Shown piece by piece: positions 20,387-26,900 of a DNA stretch of 31,264 bases. The DNA comes from a virus (lineage: Duplodnaviria > Caudoviricetes), in the IMG/VR virus record IMGVR_UViG_3300030376_002240, positions 1-31,264 of that record; one strand, given 5' to 3'. The position numbers were made by a program, and so were the translations under genes. A model generated the notes under the pieces. It was not told the DNA's origin. It saw nothing but the letters and a program-made list of their open reading frames with translations, and did no database searches. Positions within the stretch are counted from its first letter, which is position 1. The number at the start of each line of letters is the position of its first letter.

Positions 20387-20725
20387 ATGGGATATAATAA
20401 AATACACTTCGATCAGCCAATTAGAGATGGTTTACACCTAGGTGATAATATATATTACACTACTTACGCAGATGGAGTCGCTGGCACCCCTATTTTAATG
20501 GGGCATGTGGTTACAATAAGTCTTCTTTCCAATTACATTGAAATAGATGTTGGTGACGGGGATTTTACATCACTTGTCAACCCTTTTATATTATATTCCA
20601 AACCAATTCAAATAAATGAATCTAGTATTAAGGGTTACTACGCTGACGTAGAGTTTGAAAATAGTTCTAACAAAAAAGCGGAATTGTTTGCTGTTAGCTC
20701 AGAAGTAAGTCCTAGTAGTAAATAA
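20387..20725 (+). CDS. Small tail-associated protein (possibly a detached C-terminal piece of the nozzle)
   Basis: 112-aa ORF with an A-rich leader and a beta-strand C-terminus SSIKGYYADVEFENSSNKKAELFAVSSEVSPSSK. Confidence 0.55.
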   Translation: MGYNKIHFDQPIRDGLHLGDNIYYTTYADGVAGTPILMGHVVTISLLSNYIEIDVGDGDFTSLVNPFILYSKPIQINESSIKGYYADVEFENSSNKKAELFAVSSEVSPSSK

Positions 20726-20730
20726 AGTGC

Positions 20731-20757
20731 AAAAAGTGTGACTATATAATTACACTT
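20731..20757 (+). promoter_or_regulatory. Inverted repeat / candidate promoter or operator upstream of the GNAT-ejection protein block
   Basis: AAGTGTGA-ctatataa-TTACACTT (20734-20757). The pattern AAAAnnnGTGAnnATA also occurs at about 31206-31221, before the next gene. Confidence 0.35.
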
Positions 20758-20769
20758 AAATTAAATTAA

Positions 20770-21207
20770 ATGCACGATAATATAAACTTTAGAACATTTA
20801 GAGAGGGGGATTATGAAACCTGCTGTGAGTGGTGGAAATGGTGGTGGGATCGCACTGGTTTAAATCCAGTTCAAAGAGCTTTTTTACCAAAAAACGAAAG
20901 ATGCTTTATTATAGAAAAAAATAATACCCCAATAGCTTGTTATTTTTTATTTGTAATGGAGCCTAGTATAGTAGGTTGGACAACCTACCTAGTTACAAAT
21001 CCTAAGTACAAAGAAAAAGACAGGAGAGAAATAATAAAACTTTTAGTAAAAAAAGTAGAAAAAGAAGCAGAAAAAATTGGTATAATGCAGCTATTCACAA
21101 TCTGCATGAATGACCACATGACTAATATACACAAAGATTTGGACTGGATATTAATGCCGGTTAAAAACGAAGGTTTTAAATATCTAACAAACAACTTTAT
21201 AAAATAA
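20770..21207 (+). CDS. GNAT-fold (acetyltransferase-like) protein, positional analogue of T7 gp13
   Basis: 145 aa with a GNAT-like order of elements: NFRTF..DY, CFIIEKNNTPIACYFL, WTTYLVTNPKY, helix LLVKKVEKEAEKIG, LFTI, HKDLDW. It lies between the nozzle genes and the ejection protein genes. Confidence 0.65.
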   Translation: MHDNINFRTFREGDYETCCEWWKWWWDRTGLNPVQRAFLPKNERCFIIEKNNTPIACYFLFVMEPSIVGWTTYLVTNPKYKEKDRREIIKLLVKKVEKEAEKIGIMQLFTICMNDHMTNIHKDLDWILMPVKNEGFKYLTNNFIK

Positions 21208-21214
21208 AAATAAT

Positions 21215-22096
21215 ATGGGAGATTTTTTTGGAAAAAAGTCAAAAGCAAGGCAGACTGCGACGATGAATCAAATGAACGAAATGATTCAAGCCCAGGTTGA
21301 CGAGTTTAAAGGCGCTCAACAAGTAGCGCAAGATCAAGCAATTAAAACAAGAGGTCAATTTGAAGATTTTCAATTTACAAATCCTTTTGCTGGTGCTCAG
21401 AATGTTTATGCTGGAGCACAAAATGCTTATGCTGGTCTGCAAAATCAATTTGCTGGAATGGATAACATGTATGAAGGCATGGAGAACCGTTTTGAAGATA
21501 TGACAGTGGATATGCGAGCTGCCGATTTCCAAACGCAACAAGGACAGCAACAAAGAGCAAATATATTGCAAGGTTTAAGGGGTTCAGCAGGATCATCTGG
21601 TGTTGCTGGCTTAGCCCAATCCTTAGCTAATCAAGGAGCCGCGCAATCTCAACAAATAGCAGCTGGCATTAGTCAACAAGAAAGACAAAATCAAATGCTA
21701 GCGGCTCAAGAAGGAGCTAGAATAGACCAACTTCAAAGGGGTGCTGACATGCAATTACAAACACAACGGGCCACTGGTGCACAGCAACTACAAGCACAAC
21801 AAGCAGCCGGAGCAATGTCAGTACAACAAATGCAAATGGGTGGCGCTGCTCAACAACAAGCAATGATAATGCAAGGCGCTGCGGATGTTCAAGCTGCTGA
21901 AGCTGGCCAAATGTCAACGTTATTAGGCATGGATTATGGTATGTTAGCAGGTGCAAACCAAGCCTATCAAGGTTCTTTAGCAAACCAAATGTCTGCAATG
22001 GGTATGAAAGCAAACATGTATGGAGCACAATCTCAGAACAGCATGTTTAATACATTAGCAAATACCGCGGGTCAAATGTTCAGTTTTGGAGTATGA
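21215..22096 (+). CDS. Putative ejection / DNA pilot protein (T7 gp14 / P22 gp7 analogue)
   Basis: 293 aa, extremely Q/A/G/M-rich and helical, with 7-aa and 11-aa periodic repeats. It is the first of three genes of increasing size after the GNAT gene. Confidence 0.65.
   Translation: MGDFFGKKSKARQTATMNQMNEMIQAQVDEFKGAQQVAQDQAIKTRGQFEDFQFTNPFAGAQNVYAGAQNAYAGLQNQFAGMDNMYEGMENRFEDMTVDMRAADFQTQQGQQQRANILQGLRGSAGSSGVAGLAQSLANQGAAQSQQIAAGISQQERQNQMLAAQEGARIDQLQRGADMQLQTQRATGAQQLQAQQAAGAMSVQQMQMGGAAQQQAMIMQGAADVQAAEAGQMSTLLGMDYGMLAGANQAYQGSLANQMSAMGMKANMYGAQSQNSMFNTLANTAGQMFSFGV
21380..21505 (+). repeat. Six degenerate 21-nt (7-aa) tandem repeats
   Basis: NPFAGAQ NVYAGAQ NAYAGLQ NQFAGMD NMYEGME NRFEDMT, read directly from the translation. 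Confidence 0.85.
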
Positions 22097-22113
22097 TAAA
22101 ATAAAAAATAAAT

Positions 22114-23961
22114 ATGGCAAAAACAAATTTAAATCCAGGTGCAGACGCAACGTTAGTTAGCGCTGCTTATAGGTCCGCAGCGGGTAATACACCGGGTGAC
22201 TATAGTGGTGCGCTTGAAAGCGTTGCTCTAGGTTATGAAAAAACAATGGAAGCTCGATCGGAAATGTGGGGCAACATAGCTAAGCTAGGCGCTAATATTG
22301 GCAGCGAAATGATGGCTAACGCAGAGGAGTTAACATCCTACGCCGCTAAAGCGAGTGGTTTAGATGCTGATGCCGCTAAATTTTTAACAGATGAAATATA
22401 CGCAAATAAAGACGCTCAAAAAGAACTTGGTTTGTTTGGTGGTAGATTTGGTGATAGAGAAACAAGAAAGGAAAGGGCTGAGCTTAAGTTGAAACAAAAA
22501 GAACTTTTTGCTGAAATTGATCTAGCTGTAGAAAGTATTAATGTTGGTGCTGATGCTATAGCTAACGGTTTATATGACGCGGAGCTTGCGAATTTAAATG
22601 AAGGAGATGCTGAGAAAGTTAATGCTATTATAAAAAGTAATTTAAAAGATAAAAACACAGAGAATGGTAACTACGCTAAACTAGGTAGAGATGAAAATAC
22701 AGGAGAGTTAATGTATACTTTATATGATAGCAATACTAATCTCCCAACAATGCTAAATGGTAAGCCACAAACAATGACCATAAAAGAGTTTAATAAAAGC
22801 ATAACTAACAACGTTAAAGATACTAAAAATGTTATAGGTACTAATCTAGGTGGTATTATAAACGATATAGTAACAGATGCTCAAAAAGGTAAAAATGGTA
22901 TTATTGATCCTCAAGTAACACAAATGGGGTTAAATAGATTGGACGGTATAATACAAACAGACACGGATTTAAGAAGAGCAATGCTATCAAAGTACGGAAT
23001 GAAAAACACTTCTTTTGTTGACGACTTAAACAATAAAGGCGCAGTATCAGCTAACTTGTATGGTGCAATGGTTAGATCTCTTGGTTTAGGAGAAGGTGGT
23101 CAAGTTCCAGCGGAAGGTGCTTTTGAGGGTATTGCAGATACGGATAACATTAAAGGTTTAAGTTTAGAAGAGGTTAACGCTGCGTATGGTACTTACGTTA
23201 ATAATATAATAAGCATGAAAGATCCAGAGGCTAGTAAAGCTGCGTTTAAAGCTTCGTTCACTGATAGAATGGGTGGTGCTCACGAATATGGATATAGTAA
23301 AAGAGTTATTAAATCTGGAGACAAATCTAATAAACAAAATCCCTATGGTAAGGGTGCTAATATATCCGGTTTTCCATCAGCGGGTTGGCAAACTGGACAA
23401 GAACTTTTAACTAGAAGAACTCAAGTAGAAGCAAACCAACCGTTTACTGGTGTTGCTGGTAAATATGAACCTCAAGAAGATGGTAGTTGGATTTTAAATG
23501 GTGATACAGAAAACCCTATGAGTACTTATAGTGTTTTTGACCAAGAAGGATTATTACAAGCTGGTGATACTGTTGATCAATACGGTAGTAAGGCGCAGGT
23601 TAAAGAAGAGCAAGAGTTAGATTTAAAAAACTTGTTTATGATCCCAGCGAACTCTGCTAAACCAAAAATAGAGAAAATGCTACCTAAAGGATACACAGTG
23701 AGCACCTCTAAAAGTAATTGGGGTAAAAAAGGAGATTCAATGCCGTTTTTTAGAAGCAAAGACGTTATAACAGTTTTTAATGATTTAGGTGATGAGATTG
23801 GACAATATGATGTCAACTACTCAAAGTCTCCTAAAAAAGCTATAGCAGAAATGAATAGGTTTTTAGAAGACATGAAAAACATAGAGGGTTTTAACACACA
23901 GACCGACGTGGCTCCTAGCGCTGGTTGGAACGCTAATGATTACAAAAATAAAGACGAGTAA
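22114..23961 (+). CDS. Putative second ejection / internal virion protein
   Basis: 615 aa, with an Ala/Gly-rich N-terminus and coiled-coil-like segments. It sits between the pilot-like protein and the giant internal protein. No catalytic motif was recognised. Confidence 0.55.
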   Translation: MAKTNLNPGADATLVSAAYRSAAGNTPGDYSGALESVALGYEKTMEARSEMWGNIAKLGANIGSEMMANAEELTSYAAKASGLDADAAKFLTDEIYANKDAQKELGLFGGRFGDRETRKERAELKLKQKELFAEIDLAVESINVGADAIANGLYDAELANLNEGDAEKVNAIIKSNLKDKNTENGNYAKLGRDENTGELMYTLYDSNTNLPTMLNGKPQTMTIKEFNKSITNNVKDTKNVIGTNLGGIINDIVTDAQKGKNGIIDPQVTQMGLNRLDGIIQTDTDLRRAMLSKYGMKNTSFVDDLNNKGAVSANLYGAMVRSLGLGEGGQVPAEGAFEGIADTDNIKGLSLEEVNAAYGTYVNNIISMKDPEASKAAFKASFTDRMGGAHEYGYSKRVIKSGDKSNKQNPYGKGANISGFPSAGWQTGQELLTRRTQVEANQPFTGVAGKYEPQEDGSWILNGDTENPMSTYSVFDQEGLLQAGDTVDQYGSKAQVKEEQELDLKNLFMIPANSAKPKIEKMLPKGYTVSTSKSNWGKKGDSMPFFRSKDVITVFNDLGDEIGQYDVNYSKSPKKAIAEMNRFLEDMKNIEGFNTQTDVAPSAGWNANDYKNKDE

Positions 23962-26900
23962 ATGAACGAAAAATATCTACAAGGACTTCATAAACATTTA
24001 GGCATCGAAGATGATTTTGGCACATGGGTATCAGCCGTTAAGGATAATGACGACTATTTAAGAGGCGTACATGTTAATGTTGGGGTTAGTGATGATTTTG
24101 AAACTTGGAAAGAATCTGTATTTGGTTTTGACAAGCTAGATTATGACGATGCTGATCTCGCAGATAAGGTTGTTAGTATTGGAGCAAGTCTTGGTAAAGA
24201 TGTGCTTGGTAAATTAGAAGGCTTTGCCGATATTAAAGACGCCGCTATGTTTGCTGCTATGACTGATGATAACGAGATGACTCCGGAGGCTAAAAAAGTA
24301 GCTATGGACGCTATGAAAAGGGCTAATGGGTGGAAAAGCGATCCTTTTGAAAAAATGATCGAAGCTTTAGATAAAAAAACAATAGAGTACGACGAGGCTA
24401 GTATACTTGAAACTTTTAAAGAAGGAGATTATGCTGAGGGTGGTTTTAGAGCGGTTGAGGCTGGTATTGCAAGTTTACCCTCCATGTTGATGGCTGCGGC
24501 TGGTCCAGCTGGTTTAGCGGCTTTAGCTGTTACAACGGCTGGTAGTAAATTTGAAGAAGAATTTGAAGAGGATGCATCAAGAGATGCAACGTCTTTGTTG
24601 GTAAATGCGGCTGGTTCTGGTGTAATTGAAGCGGGTTTTGAATTTGCAACTAGAGGTCTATTGAAAAGAGCTGGTTTGGTTGCTCGCTCGGGAACTGAAG
24701 CCAATGTAAAACTAGCCAAAGAAATACTTAGAGGCGGAGCTGGAAGTATTGTAAAAAATATCACAGGTGGTATCGCATCTGAGGGCGCTTCTGAAGCTGC
24801 TACAGAATTAACATCTGCTCTATGGGACCAAGTAAGTATAGGTAAGAAAATTGATTGGGAAAGAAAGTGGTATGAAATTGCTGACGCTGGTATTGTGGGT
24901 GGTTTAGTTGGTGGTGCAACCGGTGGTATTGGAGAGATAAATAAAAAATCTCAAAAATCTAAAAACTTAGCGTACTCAATACTAGCTGGTGCGGATACTA
25001 AGGCAGAAATTGGGGATTTACAAGAAAAGTTGTCAAAACTAATTTTAGATCAAAAAGGCACAAGAAAAAAAGCAGACCCTAAGGACAATGATGGTGAATA
25101 TGAAAAGCTCCAGGACATGATTATGGAAGTTCGAGCTGATATTGTTGGAGCTAAAGAGAGAGCACTACAAGGTTTATCTGAGATGAATGGTGAGGAGTTT
25201 GATATTTACTTTGAAAATGTCAAAAAAGCTAGACCATTAAATAAGATTATAAAAGATAAGAAAAAATCTAAAGAAGCACAAGCTGCCGCACAAAAAGAAT
25301 TAGATGCTATAAACACTGAAAACAAAGCAATAGTAGAAGACGCTAGTAATAGAAAATTAGAAAAAAACTTAAAGGAAGCCGAAACTAGAGCTAGACAAAG
25401 AGGTGGTAAAGTCACTGTTCATGAGACTCAAGAGCAGTATATAGAAGCTGTTAGTGGGGTATCAGCTAAAAAAGTACTAAACAAAGATGGCGAGCTGGAT
25501 TATACTGACGAATTTAAAAAAGCTGCTAGAGAACATAGATGGAGTGACGGTAAAATACTAGACGGTGTTTCCCATATAAACAAACAAACAGCTAGAAAAC
25601 TAGGATCAGTATCAGTAGGTTCTCACGAAGTTCTTCACTCTATTATGGATAAGTATATTAGAAATGAAGATGGCACTGTAAAAGATGAGGGTATAGAGTT
25701 AATAGATGACATGCTAGATGGTATGTCTAAGAGTGATAGAGCTACTGTTCAAAAAAGAATAGACGATAACTATAGGTTTAATAAAGACGGCACTGAGAAG
25801 AGTAAAAAAGACTATTATGATGAATATTTAAATGTTCTTCATGATGCTATTGTAAAAAAGCAAATTACCTATAATAAAAACTTTGACGCAATTGGTGGTA
25901 GATTTAGCGGTGTGTTCCAAAGGTTTGGTTATGGTAATATTGATCTATCTACGGGCAAAGGTCTTTTTAACCTTATAAGAACTTATACTAAAGCAATTGA
26001 AACTGGAGAAAGTACTGCTGATTTAGATAAAATTATAGAAGACTCAAAAGGTTTTGCTATAACAAACAAAAAACAAGGTAGAAAATCAATTAACTTAGGT
26101 TCTGAAAACGACGGTATACCTTTAAACGAAAAGATAGATCCACTGACTCAAGGAGCTAAAACAAAAGAAGACCTAATGAAAGGTGGTATGAATTCTCCTT
26201 TCTCCAAAATATATCAAGGTATTTTAGATGGTAGTTTTGATAGAATTTTTGGTACTGTTAGCGAGGAGCAAAGACAAATACAAAGGCAAGATTTAGCAGA
26301 TAGATTTTCTGGTATGACAGAAGAAGGTGGTTATGATCCAGCCTTAACACCTGAATTATCTAAATGGATGTTTGGTGGTAGTGGTATTGCTGGTAACATT
26401 GAATATACAAAAAGAAAAGCAAAGAAAGAGCTGGCTATAGATGCTGCAAAAAGAAAAAGAGAAAAAAGTATAGACGCTAAAAAACCTACCAAAGATGGTG
26501 ATGCCGGGTTTGATATTGCTGACACTGGAACTTTGACACCCGAAGAAGCATTGATAAAAAAAGAAGAGCAAGCTAAAGAACTTGAAAAGAAGAAAGTAAC
26601 TTTTGCAGCATCATTAGGTTTAGGAGTTGAACTACAAAATAAAATAAAAGCAGTTATTATAAAAACTTTTGGCACGAAACTACCGGCGGTAACAGATGCA
26701 AAATATAGGAATGCTTTATCAAAAGCATTTAGAGAGGAAATAGGTAAGTCTATAGAGGAAATATTTGGTATTGATAAAACTTATGACGAATTTATAGATA
26801 AATATTTTAAAGGTATAATTTTTCCAAACCTTTCTAACGCTAGACTAATACAAATGGAGAGGCTCCTGCCTAAGAACGAAAAAATATTTGTAGATAAAAG

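Noticed and set aside
21380-21505. CRISPR-like array
   Set aside because: The repeats are degenerate, contiguous, in-frame 21-nt coding units with no spacers.
23956-23967. Read-through fusion of the 615-aa and 2408-aa genes (GAG TAA ATG, same frame)
   Set aside because: TAA is an efficient stop, and a directly abutting stop and start is ordinary translational coupling.
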